Source of the DNA: Cyanophora paradoxa CCMP329
Lineage: Eukaryota > Plantae > Glaucophyta
Direction: 5' to 3'
Assembly (NCBI GenBank): GCA_004431415.1
Contig: QPMI01000097.1
Coordinates: forward strand, 1-64,000
DNA length: 64,000 nucleotides
Part shown: positions 36,310-48,095 of the stretch, one piece after another
Layout of the letters: each line of letters opens with the position of its first letter
How positions within the stretch are numbered: the stretch's first letter is position 1
Notes under the pieces: model-generated
Database searches by the model: none
The model's input: only the letters and a program-made list of their open reading frames with translations
Told to the model about the DNA's origin: nothing
Translations under genes and position numbers: made by a program

Positions 36310-39300
36310 CACAGCGGTACGCTCCCATACAAAAGAACTCCAGGGCAACTTACCTAAAAGTACTCCAAAACCTCCGCAAGTACCGCCCAAAAAAACCACC
36401 AAGAACCGCCGCAAGGACCTCGAAAGGTACGACCAGGGTACGGGTGGTTGAGGTACCGAGTCACTTCCGGCGCGGGGGCTCATACAAGCCCAGAATCGGA
36501 CACTAAACCCTGGTCGGCGTTCCGGGCCGTAGCTAGGCGCCCCAGCTGCAGAAATGGCATCCTATCGATCAATACTGGTGTCTCTGATGCCAAGCGCGCG
36601 CCCCCGAAGCGATTCAGGTGCCCTCCGTGCGAACTGCTTCGCCCCACTGGTCTGACGCGGTCCGAGCTGCAGCTAGGTGGCCGGAAAGCGCAGGCAGTCA
36701 ACCTTTGAGCTGACGGCTATCGGGCAGCGCAGGCAGGTGCGGCTTTTCAAGGTCGCCGCTAACGGTCACATTGCACTGAGCGCAATCTGCCCGCAGACAT
36801 GCGCTCTCGCTGGCTAAGACGCATTTAAAGAGTCTGTAGAGCGGGCCAGAGTGCTTCGCCGCTACCGCCGCCGTCGATTAGGTGTGGTGCCGCCGCCGCC
36901 GCTGCTGCCCCTCTCCATTGACGACGCGCAGACCGTGTAGATCAGCCATAGTGCAAGCCGTGTCGTCGGTAGAAGCAGATGCTGTCTCTTAGGCCGCCCT
37001 CATTTACGGTTCGCCGCCCGCTTGCATGCTCTCGACCGCCCGACCGACGTACGGCCCGCACCGCTTGCAGCGCGCTCGGCTGGCGGCGGCATGATACAGC
37101 AGAGCTTTCTGAGCTGAGCAGCAATGCCGCGGTCCGTCCGGTTTCCTTTTTCCGGTTGTCCGATCCGTCGCCGCCTGCTGATTCGGGTTGCAGACGGTGC
37201 TGCGCTAGTGCTGCTCTGATGAAAACGAAGCGATAGTGCTGTTTCGGCGGAGCTGCTGCATCGACGATCAGATTCCTCGCTCCGTCGGCCGGCCGGCGCT
37301 CCCTCGAACCCTGCCGCTTCTAGCTGCGCTGCCTGGCTCGCGCTGCTAGAGCTAGACAGTTTTGCTTTCAGTATGACTGGAGCGCAACTCCCGCCGCCAG
37401 GCCGGTCTAGATCTGCTGCCGGCTGGCGGACCGCGCCCGGCTTCCAAACACCGCTGTCTGTGTGGCCGCTCTCCAGCCTAGCCTAGGATTCTGTTATCTA
37501 TTTGTGTTTTATTGAAGAACACGCTCTCGCACCCACTGGGCCAGGCTCGGCGCGGATCTTGGGGCTTTGTTAGTTCTTGGCCGCGGTGCTTGAATGGCCA
37601 TGGCGCAGTGGGCCGCATGATGTGTGTCGGCACCCCTCGAAAGCGTACTGCAGCAGATCTAGATCTGAGCGTGTACGCTTGCACGGCCCGTCTGAGTACG
37701 CCGACGCCTTGCACGCCGAGGCAACTGGTCCGCCAGGCCGACACCCCCTCGGCTGCGCACGCCGTCATTCGGTGGCTGGTCCGCCCCGAGCCCTCCGAGG
37801 GCTCGCATTGAGAAGAAAGCTCAATTTGACACCGCACGAATGCTTCGGGGATGAGCCGCGCGACGTTTACTTGACGCGCGACGCGCTGATTCTGTGAGTG
37901 ATCATGATCAGTGACATGAGGTGCGGGGTAAGCGAGTTCGCGACGTAGAAGCTGCAGGCGAGCTGTATATGGCCTTATTTAATATTATCATGCTTAGTTG
38001 TAACTGCCGCCGCAGTTTCCAAGTTGCCAATTTCATGACCTCCTTCAATCCTGAAATGTGGGATCAGTTTTATGCTGGTCGTTTAGGCTTTTTGAAGTAG
38101 TAATGATGCGGTTTTTTGGCAAATCGTCGGAGGCTGCCGCAGTGCGCGCGCGCTTTTGCCTGCAGTTTCTATCAGTAATAGTACATAACTGATACATTTT
38201 GGAGCATTAGAGGCTGCAGGGGCCGCGCGCGCGCGGCTCTTGGTCTCCGGCCTGCCACTGGTACTGTCACTGGGCCTCTGAGCCAGAACTGTTTTCAGAG
38301 CCAAACACACACATACAGCGCGTGCGCTGCAAATCACATCATATTTTCACTAAACTAAACCTTTAAAAAGCCCTGAAGAGCACAGCGCCGCCCCGTCCGC
38401 CCGGGCGGCGCGGGGCCGCTCGGGCGGCCGCCAGCGCCGCCCCACGCCGCCCTGCGCCGCCCGGGCGGCCACCAGCGCCGCTCAGCGCCGCCCCGCGCCG
38501 CCCGGGCGGCCACCAGCGCCGCCTCGCACTGTCACCCGCCGCCTCCCGCCGCCCGGGCAGCCGCCGCCGCCCCGCGCCGCCCGCGTCGCCCCGCGCCGCC
38601 CCCGCCGCCCGGGCGGCCGCCAGCGCCGCCCCGCGCCGCCCCGCGCCGCCCGCGTCGCCCCGCGCCGCCCCCGCCGCCCGGGCGGCCGCCAGCGCCGCCC
38701 CGCGCTGTCACCCGCCGCACCCCGCCGCCTGGGCGGCCGCCGCCCGCCGCCCGGACGGCCGCCAGCGCCGCCCCGCGTCGCCCCGCGCCGCCCCGCGTCG
38801 CCCCCGCCGCCCGGGCGGCCGCCAGCGCCGCCCCGCGCTGTCACCCGCCGCACCCCGCCGCCTGGGCGGCCGCCGCCCGCCGCCCGGACGGCCGCCAGCG
38901 CCGCCCCGCGTCGCCCGCGCCGCCCCCGCCGCCCCGCGCCGCCCCGCGTCGCCCGCGCCGCCCCCCGCCGCCCGGGCGGCCGCCAGCGCCGCCCCACGCC
39001 GCCCTGCGCCGCCCGGGCGGCCACCAGCGCCGCCCGCGCTGTCACCTGCTGCCCAGCGCCGCCGCGGCGCCCGGGCGGCCGCCAGCGCCGCCCCGCGCCG
39101 CCCCGCGCCGCTCTGCGCCGCCCCGCGTCGCCCCGCGCCGCCCCGCGCCGCCCCGCGCCGCCCCGTGTCGCCCCGCGCCGCCCGCGCCGCCCGGGCGGCC
39201 GCCATGTCCAGCGCCGCCCCGCGCCGCCCGTGCGGCGATCCTCGCCGCCGCCCGCCGCCTCGCGCCGCCCGGGCGGCCGCCAGCGCCGCGCCGCGCCATC

Positions 39301-40215
39301 CCGTCCCCACTGGGGCCGCGCCGCTCTGCAGATGCGGCATGAGCGCGATGCGCGCGTGAACGCGGCGGCGGGACAGCCTGGCAGGGCGAGGCGAGTCGAG
39401 GCCGGTGTGTGCGCTGCTCGTTGTTAGGCGCACTATGTCGTTGATCATGTCTAATCGCCGAGAACGAGACGAACGAGGGCGAGCGCCCCCCGCCGCTTCT
39501 GCCGCTCCTGGCCGCCACGGCTTCTTGGATCTTGTCCACTTGCTTCGAGCGACGGGCTTGCTTCTTGCAAACGGGCTTCTTGCCGACGGGCTTCTTCAAG
39601 CTGAAGGCGCCCGAAGCGCCCTTCCTGCGACGCGACGGCCACGGCCGCTCGCTTGCTGCTGCTAACTAGGCTAGTAGGCGAGTCTGCTGCTGCCTCATGC
39701 AGTGCGGCGGCAGCGCGCGCCGCCCCGAGCGGCCTCCCTGCAGCTGGGCGGCGCTGATCAACGTTCTGATCAACTCGACCAAGTCCAATTTTTTTTCGGG
39801 GTTCGCGATCGCGTCGCGAGCGATTTTGGTTGGCTGAGCGTCGCGATCGATCCCGTAGATTCGCAAACGCTCCCGTAGGGAGGCTCTGCTTCCGACGCTC
39901 TTAACGATGATTATAAGCGCTTGTGGGGCAAACCGCCAGGCGCCGGGGCGTTTCAATTCTTCTGTTTGCCGGCTTCGCTGCGGCGATTTCATCCCCGGGG
40001 TCGAAGCTGGGGGTTGAAAGCGGGATACACCAAATTTGTTTTTGACTCGAGGTCTTGGGACTTGACGTCAATTTGACGGTTCGACGGTTACGATGTCGTG
40101 ACTCGGAGGTTTTTTGGGCTCTAAGTTGACGTGACACGGAGGTTGTCTGGCTCCTAGACTCGGCTCCTTTTGCAAGTTGCCCTGGAGTTCTTTACTATGG
40201 GAGCGTACCGCTGTG
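36310..40215. mobile_element. 3.9-kb non-autonomous TIR DNA transposon with CAC...GTG ends (Transib/RAG-like or CMC type)
   Basis: 42-bp TIRs, 40/42 identical: CACAGCGGTACGCTCCCATA(CA/GT)AAAGAACTCCAGGGCAACTT; ATATA on both flanks (36305-36309, 40216-40220). Confidence 0.8.
38385..39300. repeat. Extremely GC-rich degenerate minisatellite (GCCGCCCCGC / GCCGCCCGGGCGGCCGCCAGC units)
   Basis: Read directly; lies inside the TIR element. Confidence 0.9.
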
Positions 40216-40474
40216 ATATACAGATTACGGCATGCGCAGGGAGCGACGGGGCAAGGATCGGGTCCTGCCAGGCTGGTCGGGTATACGTAGGGGTGGCCAT
40301 GCATATGGGCCGGGGTGCCCCCGGCCTGGCACGGATAAGGTGTGTGCATTATATTTTGGCGTGAAACGCGGTACTACGGTATCTAGCAAAGCTAGGGTCC
40401 GTGGCCACGGCCCGGCGGTCTGCGACACGTGATCATGAGGCCGGGACGACGCCACGGCACAGTTTTCGTAGGCA

Positions 40475-40653
40475 ATTCGAAATCGAAGTGCTCTACTATA
40501 GCTAGTACTAGCTATAGGTCGAGGTGCAGGCCTTGCCCGGAGGCTTGCCCGTTCCCTCCACGGCCCTGAGGGAATGGAATGCTAACCGATCGAAATCGAG
40601 CCCCGAAGGCCTCCCCCGCTCAAACGAGCAAAAAGAAAAAGATGGAGCCGCAT
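40475..40653 (+). repeat. Dispersed repeat family C
   Basis: AATGCTA...CCCCGCTC.A.CGAGCAA..AAGATGGAGCC.CAT shared with 45247-45337 and 53797-54085. Confidence 0.7.
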
Positions 40654-41310
40654 AGTGTCAGAAGAGGCGGCAGGCACTGGGTCGTCTCGCGGTGGGGCGC
40701 CCCGACACCCAGCGTTCAGGGCTCGTAATTATAATATAATATTTCAAGTAGCAAGCTGAGACGCCATTGCTGCGCCGGACTGCACGAACGGTGAAGCTCA
40801 GCTCGCACACTGGGGTACAGTCAGCCCTTCGCCGGCACCCGCCTTCCGCGTACCCCTTAACCGTGGCCGCAGCCAGGCGGCTGCCGCTCCTATACGATGG
40901 CTGCTCCGGGACAATGGAGCAGCTGGTGCGTTGTTGCCCCCACATGTACAGGTGTAGTTCACAGATGAAGCTAGCTAGCCGCTAGCTCATGTGTCTACGC
41001 TTCACGCAAACACTAACCCTAGAGAAAGAGTTGCTGCCTCGAAATCGGCCGAAAATTGGCTGAAATCGAACCATGAAATCGCAGAGTCGAATTCGAAGTT
41101 CGCCCCCTCTCACATGAACCCCCACAGGAACGTCTTCCGGAGCCCGGATGAGCTCAGGCATTGACACAGCACGCAGGCTGCCTCCTGTGTAGAAGGGCCT
41201 CGCAGATGGGAGTAGTTGGCCTGTCGCCGTGGGTGAGCTGGGCGTTGTTTTCGGTTTCCAGCACATAGCTATGTTGTCCATATATATATATATGCATTGA
41301 CGGCTATTTC

Positions 41311-41620
41311 GCATTTGGACACGTACTCAAAACGCAGGTCCCGGCTACAAGTGTGGGATGTACACTGCGGCCGCCGCGGCCGCGGGCCCAGCCCACCAGC
41401 GAACTGGCCGGCCGGGCCCTGTGTGGCCCCCTAAGGAGAGTAATGCGCCTCCCCGCGGACACTCTGGCTAGCTAGAGCTACATGTATGTGCCCGCACGGC
41501 GTGGTGCTGCATCGTCTTGTACATGTGGCGGCGGGGGTCGTCTCGGGGCGGTGGCGGGAGCCCCTACGGGCCCTGGCCTCTGGGGGGTCCGACATGGAGT
41601 CAGCCTGCGGTGGGCGCCGG
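41311..41620 (+). repeat. Family A repeat copy
   Basis: Begins GCATTTGGACACGTACTCAAAACGCAGG; reverse complement of 48545-48856. Confidence 0.92.
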
Positions 41621-41622
41621 GG

Positions 41623-42288
41623 CTATTTCGTTTTCTTGCTTTCCCTCTGCTTCTCTTTTCGCCCTGCTGGGTGCTGTGGTGTAGACGATCGTCCCAAGAG
41701 AAAGCGGCCCACAGGCCATGCGATGAGGCCCACCAGAGTGGCAATGACGCTTGACGCGAACGCCACTGTTTTGAGAGCTGTGAGGACGCCGGCTGCATGC
41801 CCGACGAGCTGGAGAGGGCCCTGCCCCGGATACTTGAAAAGCAGGAACATGATGCAAATGTTCTCCGCGAAGTCTACCAAAGCAGAGAAGAGCGGTAGGA
41901 GGTTCAGCATCGCCAGTGCCGGGAACGGCCGATAGAGCGCGGTGACCGCCATAGCGAGCCCAAGTCCGTAGCCAGGGGTCAACAGGAAGTCGAGGAAACA
42001 GACGACGAAGGCTACGCGGCGCCCGTCTATACCGAAGCTTTCAAGCGTGCGGTTCGCCCCGGCAGCCGAGTAGAATACTTGTGAGTCCAGAATGGGTTCA
42101 GCGTCCTTGGCGACGCGATGTAGCTGTGAGCGCATGTCGTGCTGCGACCACGCCACGGCGCTCACTTGCGCGCGCGTCAACCGAGAATCGTGCCGTGCGG
42201 CGGCGCGCGCGTACCGAGCAATGCGCACGATGCGAACAATGTCCATGTGTGCATGCCGGACACGGCGGCCGAAATCCGCCTGAGACAC
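41623..42288 (-). CDS. Uncharacterised multi-pass membrane protein
   Basis: Hydrophobic helices with FLDFLLTPGY, LVDFAENICI, GVLTALK; start uncertain. Confidence 0.6.
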   Translation of the reverse strand: MSQADFGRRVRHAHMDIVRIVRIARYARAAARHDSRLTRAQVSAVAWSQHDMRSQLHRVAKDAEPILDSQVFYSAAGANRTLESFGIDGRRVAFVVCFLDFLLTPGYGLGLAMAVTALYRPFPALAMLNLLPLFSALVDFAENICIMFLLFKYPGQGPLQLVGHAAGVLTALKTVAFASSVIATLVGLIAWPVGRFLLGRSSTPQHPAGRKEKQRESKKTK

Positions 42289-42503
42289 GGCATCGCGGCG
42301 CTCGTGTACCCCACACGCCGCGGTTACGGCGCGGTACTGTAGTAGCGGCGGTACTTACGGCTGCGACGGCTGCAGCCTGCACCGGCTGTGGGCTGCGGCG
42401 CTGCTTCGGCGCACGGGCCGCTCGGCGCTGGGCTCAGCAGTTGCTGGGCATTATCTGGCTGGTTACGCGTACGCCATTCCCCCAGGACTTGTAGCGACTC
42501 CAG

Positions 42504-44521
42504 ATGGAAGTCTCCGAAGCCGAGCCGCCCGAGGTGCCTGCGGCCTCCGGTCCCCGGGACACGAGCTTCGAGAGTATATCGAGTCTGTTTCATCTGCCGA
42601 TCAACGAGGCCTCCAAGCGGTGCCTGATCGCTGAGAATCGTTCTGCGCAATTTTGACGGGTTGTTTGGCGCAGGCTTGGAATCTGCGTCACCTTGTTGAA
42701 GAAGCTATGCAGGAGACACGGGTTGTCGCGGTGGCCGTACAGGAAGCTGAAGTCGCTCGAACGCATCAACGTTACAACGACGGCGCGTTCCTCAGTTCGC
42801 CCGAACCCGTACGCGCGTCCGATATAGGGTCGCTCGCAATTGTCAGCATCAGCGCGCCGTCTGGCATCCAGAGCCGGTCTAGTGGGCCGAACCTGCGACT
42901 AAACAGTATATATCATATCTCGCTTGACGCTGACCTTGTATCTTGGCAGGCATTGAAGTTGGGAAGCGAAGATCAGATCTCTGAACTCGATCGACTGGTC
43001 CACCAGGCCGGGCGTCCGAGTTTGAAGCGCCGGGCCTCCTCCGAAGACATCAACGGCGTGAAACGGGAGCGCGTGGAGCGCATGGTTGTGCCGAACGTGA
43101 CGAGGGAAGAGACAAGCGAGGGAGAGGGCGAAGGAGGGGAGGACGAGCGGAGCGATGGGTCGGGGCCAGCGAGGAGCCCCGGAACGGAGGCAGCCGGGCT
43201 GCTGCTCCTCGCAGGGTCCAGCGCGAACCCGTTGGCTGACCGCCGGTCACCGCTCGAAATCGGACGGCCTCCATCGCCGCGCAGACGCACTGTCACCGCG
43301 GGGCCACCAGGTCCAACCAGGCTGCCCCCGCTGGCATCGCTTCTCGAGCCCCGTCCGGGTCCGCACTCTCCGAGGGATGGATCCTCGAGCTCTGGCCCCG
43401 GCCGATCGCCCGCTGGGCTCTCGCCTCTCGTCCTTCCGCCCGATGTCCAGGCCTGCCCTGCCCTTGTCGAAATGGCAAACGCCTTCTGCGCCACGCACGT
43501 GGCCTCGCGGGTGAGCCCCTCCTGCCCCCGGCCGCGCGATCAGCCCCTTCAGCCCGCTGCCCGGTCGGCCCCGCCGGCTCACGGCGTCTTCAGGCAGGGG
43601 CTCTTCTTTTGACGGCTGCGGGAGACGTCCTCTACTGTAACCGCAGTGTGTGCATGCAGCTCGCGACTGGGGAGCGCGAGCTCCGCGAACGGGTGCTCCA
43701 CGCGCTGCCCTGCTGTTCGCAAGCTGCATCTCACGTGCAGGCGGGGCCAGGGCGCCGTGTACCATGCGCACCTGGACGACAGAGGGGCCCTGCAGGCGGC
43801 CTTGAGCGAGTTCTCGACGGGGACCCTCACGCACAGCTCCCTCAAGATCCGCTGCTTACGCGGCGGCGGTGCACATTCCGGGCGTGTCTGTCTGGGTCGC
43901 GCTGATCGATGCTGCGTACAGGCTCGCCGTGGCCGTTCGTTGTGCACCTCACAAAGCTGCAGGCGGGGGCTGGAGGGCCAATAGGACCGGGGCAGGCCCC
44001 CCTCTCCCCCTCTCTAGTGGCGGTCACCCTCGAATCCGTCTACTCTCTCTTGGGGGACGATGCAGGTAGCCCGCTCCAGCAGACCCTCCTGGAGAACGAG
44101 GGGGCCATTCACTCGGCCCTTGCTGCCTCGCCACATGGAATTGCGCTCATGGGAACCGACACGGGCTTCCTCTCTGTCAATACCCGCCTCGTCACCCTCC
44201 TTGGCTACACTCGTGAGGAGCTGACCAGTGGACGCCCCGAGTGCGGTCTTCTCCGGCCCCTGATCGCCCCGGCTGACCGCAAACGCTGGGATGTGCGTGG
44301 TCCCGTGCAGCCTGCTCCAGTGATCCTTCTGTCTGACTCTACAGCATTAGATCATGTGGGGCGAGCTACTCTCCGGCGGTGTGCGTTTTGTACAGCTGGA
44401 GCGCAAGCTTTTGCACCGCAGTGGAGCTGTGATTCCGGCGCTCCTGGCGCTGCACACCCTCAGCGATCGCCAGCGCATTCCACAAGCATTCCTCGTAGAG
44501 TTCCAGCACCAGCACTCTTAG
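42504..44521 (+). CDS. RWP-RK transcription factor with C-terminal PAS/PAC domain(s) (multi-exon)
   Basis: Splicing 42620-42673 gives FHLPINEASKRLGICVTLLKKLCRRHGLSRWPYRKLKSL; PAS-like GLFFLTAAGDVLYCNR and SPHGIALMGTDTGFLSVNTRLVTLLGYTREEL; PAC-like ERKLLHRSGAVIP. Confidence 0.85.
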
Positions 44522-45632
44522 CTTATTTCAGCAGAAAGTTTTCGTGTACAGAATAGCTTATTCCGCTGATTCTGACCCTCCCATTGCATTTTGGCGTGAT
44601 AGTCGTGGTATCTAGAAAAGCCAGGCCCCCGCGGTCAAGCGACCGCAAGGCCGGGACTAACAAAGCCAGGGTCCGCGGTCAGCCTGGCAGCCATACGTGA
44701 GGCCGGAACGACGCCGCGCGCCATGGCACAGTTAACATTCACGGTCTTGCCGGGCTCCGTTTTCGTAGGCAAAGGCTTAAGATCAGAGATCGACTCGGCG
44801 AAGAGCGGGCCTTCAAGGCTTGCAATTGCCTGGAGGCTCGCCCGTTCAACGGTTCCCACCAGGGCGCCCCCACCCTGGCACCACAAACTCGAAACAAGAA
44901 AGCAAACTCTCCCCTGATCACACAAACCTTTGCGTGTCTTCCTGCCACAACCTGCCAGCTCCTGCCAACCGGCTTGGGCGTGTCTTATACATACTCTTCT
45001 TTCTTCTTCTTTGATACTGACACGGACTTGATTCGGAACGGATACATCCGCCCTGTAGGTGCTCTAGCGCTAGCCAAACGGATCGAGATTAAGTACGGTA
45101 GCTAAGGCCTGGGGAAAGAAGAAGAAGAAGAAGAGTATGTACATGTATAAGACACGCCCAAGCCGGTTGTGCGGTTTTGACGAAAGGCGAAGGACCCGAA
45201 GGCCCGAAGCCCGGTTGTGCGGTTTTGACGAAAGGCCTGGGGAAAGGAATGCTACTCGATCGAATACGAGCCCCGAATTCGGGGGCCTCCCCCGCTCAAA
45301 CGAGCAACTTGGCAAAAAAATAAAGATGGAGCCGCATCGCGTCATGTCCAATCTCCCCGCCCAACCTTCCCGTGGAACCCAGCTTCCCGTCCAACCTCCA
45401 ATCGTACTCGAAATCAATCACTATGCATGACAGCGTTGCCTTGCTAGCTATAGCTCGTACTAGCCCCGCAGCTAGCTAGCGCTAGCGCGTGTGCTCCGCA
45501 AAATGGGGAAAGGAGGGGGGGGGGGGGGGGGGGGGGGGGTGGGGGGGGGGGGGGTGGGGTCAGGGTTGAATTTGAATTCGAACTCCGCGGGAGCCCAGCT
45601 GCAGTGCACGAGTTAAAGCACGTGCTTGTTCG

Positions 45633-46914
45633 ATGGGCCCACCACAGGTAGACCGCCCAGCTGGCCAGAAAATGATCACGGCGTTCTTTGGGGAGAAACA
45701 AGCAATCGAGAAACAAAAAAAGCGGCAGCTTGCAAGCGCCGAAGTTGCCGAGACACCGGCGAAGCGGATGTCTCACCTCCAGGAGCTGCTCTCGCCGCCC
45801 CAATTCGATCCGGCGTCCGAAGAGACTCCGGAGCCGATGCGGAAGCCGATGCGGAGAGACTCCGGAGCCGAAGAGAAGGTCCAGATCAGTGACGAGCAGA
45901 GGCGGAGGGCCGAGGAGAATCGCCTCAAAGCACGAGAGGCGCTGCTGGCACGGTTGGCGATGATCCCTGTTCTACTGGATGCCGCCATCACGGACATCGG
46001 CTGGAGAAGCGCGCTGTCTGGCGAATTCGATAAGCCGTACTTCAAAACCCTCGCGGAGTTTTTGCGATCGGAAGTGGCAGCAGGAAAGAAAGTTTTCCCG
46101 CGACCGTCAGCTCTCATTTTCAATGTGATTCACGCCATCCGCCTTTCATAACTTCGCCCTTAATTTTGATGGCAGGCGTTAAATCTGTGTCCATTGGGGA
46201 AAGTGAAAGTCGTAATAATCGGCCAAGATCCGTGTGCTTCTTTTACTTTGTCATCCCCCTTGTCCTTATTTACCATGGTGCAGATACCACGGGGATGGCC
46301 AAGCGCATGGGCTCTGCTTCTCTGTACCAGCTGGAATCAGTCCGCCTCCAAGTCTCGTGAATATCTTCCAGGAGCTTGAGAGCGACATCCCTGGCTTCAC
46401 ACGACCCAAACACGGAAATTTGGAGGCCTGGGCTTCTCAAGGAGTTCTGCTTCTCAACACTTGCTTGACAGTCGAAGCACACAAAGCTAATTCACACAGT
46501 ACGTGTGTCTGAGCACACATCTTTGATTCCCTTCATTTTTTGGCAGATGGGAAGGGGTGGGAGAAGCTCACCGACAAAATCGTTGAAATCGTCAATTCGA
46601 ACCGGTACAGTGTCTCCACTATGTCGCCCTGATTTTGAACGCTCGCCAACAGCCTGGCAGACGAGACTGCATTTTCCTCTGCTGGGGGAACCCAGCGTCA
46701 ATGAAGGCCAAAAATGTCGATTCCAAGCGGCATCTGCTGCTTAAATGCCCTCATCCGAGCCCCCTCTCCGCATACCGTGGCTTTTTGGGATCGAAACATT
46801 GTTCGTCTTGCAGTTGGCCTTTCTCCTGCCCCGTGCTGATTCACAGCTGCAGTCTCGCAGGCGAATGCTTACCTTGTAGCCAAGGGACTGGCCCCCATCG
46901 AATGGAGACTCTAG
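45633..46914 (+). CDS. UNG: Uracil-DNA glycosylase, family 1 (multi-exon)
   Basis: PIP-box-like QKMITAFF; KVVIIGQDP|[14 protein letters not shown]; [11 protein letters not shown]; [10 protein letters not shown]; HPSPLS. Confidence 0.95.
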
Positions 46915-47349
46915 TGCCCATTTGGACACGTACTCAAAACGCAGGTCCGGGCTACCAAGTGTGGGAATGTACACTGCGGCCTCCGCGGCTGCGGGCCCAG
47001 CCCACCAAGCTCACGCTCGGCCAGCCGGGCCCTGCGTGGCCCCCTAAGGAGAGTAATGCGCCTCCCCACGGACACTCTGGCTAGCTAATATAAATAGCTA
47101 CATGTGCCCGCACGGCGTGGTGCTGCATCGCGTCTTGTGGCGGCGGGGGTCACCTCGGGGCGGTGGCGGGAGCCCCTACGGCCAGGGGCAGGAGGAGCTC
47201 ACCCGCGAGGCCACGTGTGTGGCGCAGAAGGCGTTCGCCATTTCGACAAGGGCAGGACAGGGGGGGGGGGGGGGGGGGCGCGAGGTGGCGAGCGGGGGGG
47301 GGGGGGGGGGGGGCGCGAGGTGGCGAGGGGGGGGGGGGGGGCGGCCTCG

Positions 47350-47772
47350 GCGGGCAGGTTGTCGATCACTGCGAAGAGGAACTCTTGCGCGTCCTGCTGC
47401 GACCTGCCCCTGAACACGCTCGTGCTTCTCGCGACCGCTGCCTTGAGACGGTCGCCCGAGAGCTCGCGTTCCTCCGACGCCCTGAGCAGCTGCGCGGGGA
47501 GGCTTTCATCGCCTCCCCCCCGGCGGGGGCGCGCGCGGGGGCGCGGGGCCCGGGGCGGCGCGCACCTGAGGGATCAGTCGCTTGAGCTCGCGGTGGATCT
47601 CGCCGAAGGGGCCTTCGGCGGGGTCCAGGGCGAGGACGGCTCCGGCGAACTGCGGGAGGCTCGCGATGCACTGCACTGCGGCACGGGCGCGTTGATGTAG
47701 CACATGTTCGCCCCGGGCGGGTTCGGCAGCCCGCGGCGAACGCCGTACTGGTCGCCCCCGCGCGTTTCCATC
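47350..47772 (-). pseudogene. Ubiquitin-specific protease (peptidase C19) N-terminal fragment
   Basis: Cys box GLPNPPGANMCYINA and FRGRSQQDAQEFL; truncated at a poly-G tract, no His box. Confidence 0.8.
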
Positions 47773-47796
47773 AGCAAAGGTGGAAAACGCAAACGG

Positions 47797-48095
47797 TAGA
47801 GCGATAGCGAGCCGCGCTTGAGGGTGCAAAAGAACGAGTGCTAGCAAAAAGTGGGTCGTGAGAACCGCGGGGGGCTAGCAAAAGAGTGCCAGCAAGCGAC
47901 GAGGCGGTACACGGAATGCAAACGCGCTCGGTGACCGAAGCGTACGCGCGCATATCGCACGGCCGCACCGAGGGAGTGTTCATCGTCGCGTCCGTAGTCT
48001 GGCGCGCGCGTCAGTGCTGTACAGTAACAGCAACGCGTATGGTAACAGTAACTCAGACGTATGTGGCTGGTCGACGTGGCGGCTAGCGCTAGTCT
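47797..48095. repeat. Dispersed repeat family B (inverted copy at 54510-54811)
   Basis: ~300-bp reverse-complement match; both copies give the spurious ORF MNTPSVRPC.MRAYA.VTERVCIPC. Confidence 0.9.

Noticed and set aside
38482-39599. Long Arg/Gly/Ala-rich ORFs
   Set aside because: Artefacts of the GC minisatellite; no transposase or other domain motifs.
45514-45560. Poly-G/poly-C tracts (also ~36125, ~47260, ~49118, ~60291) as functional elements
   Set aside because: Recurrent simple homopolymers of uncertain length; nothing in the sequence supports a specific role.
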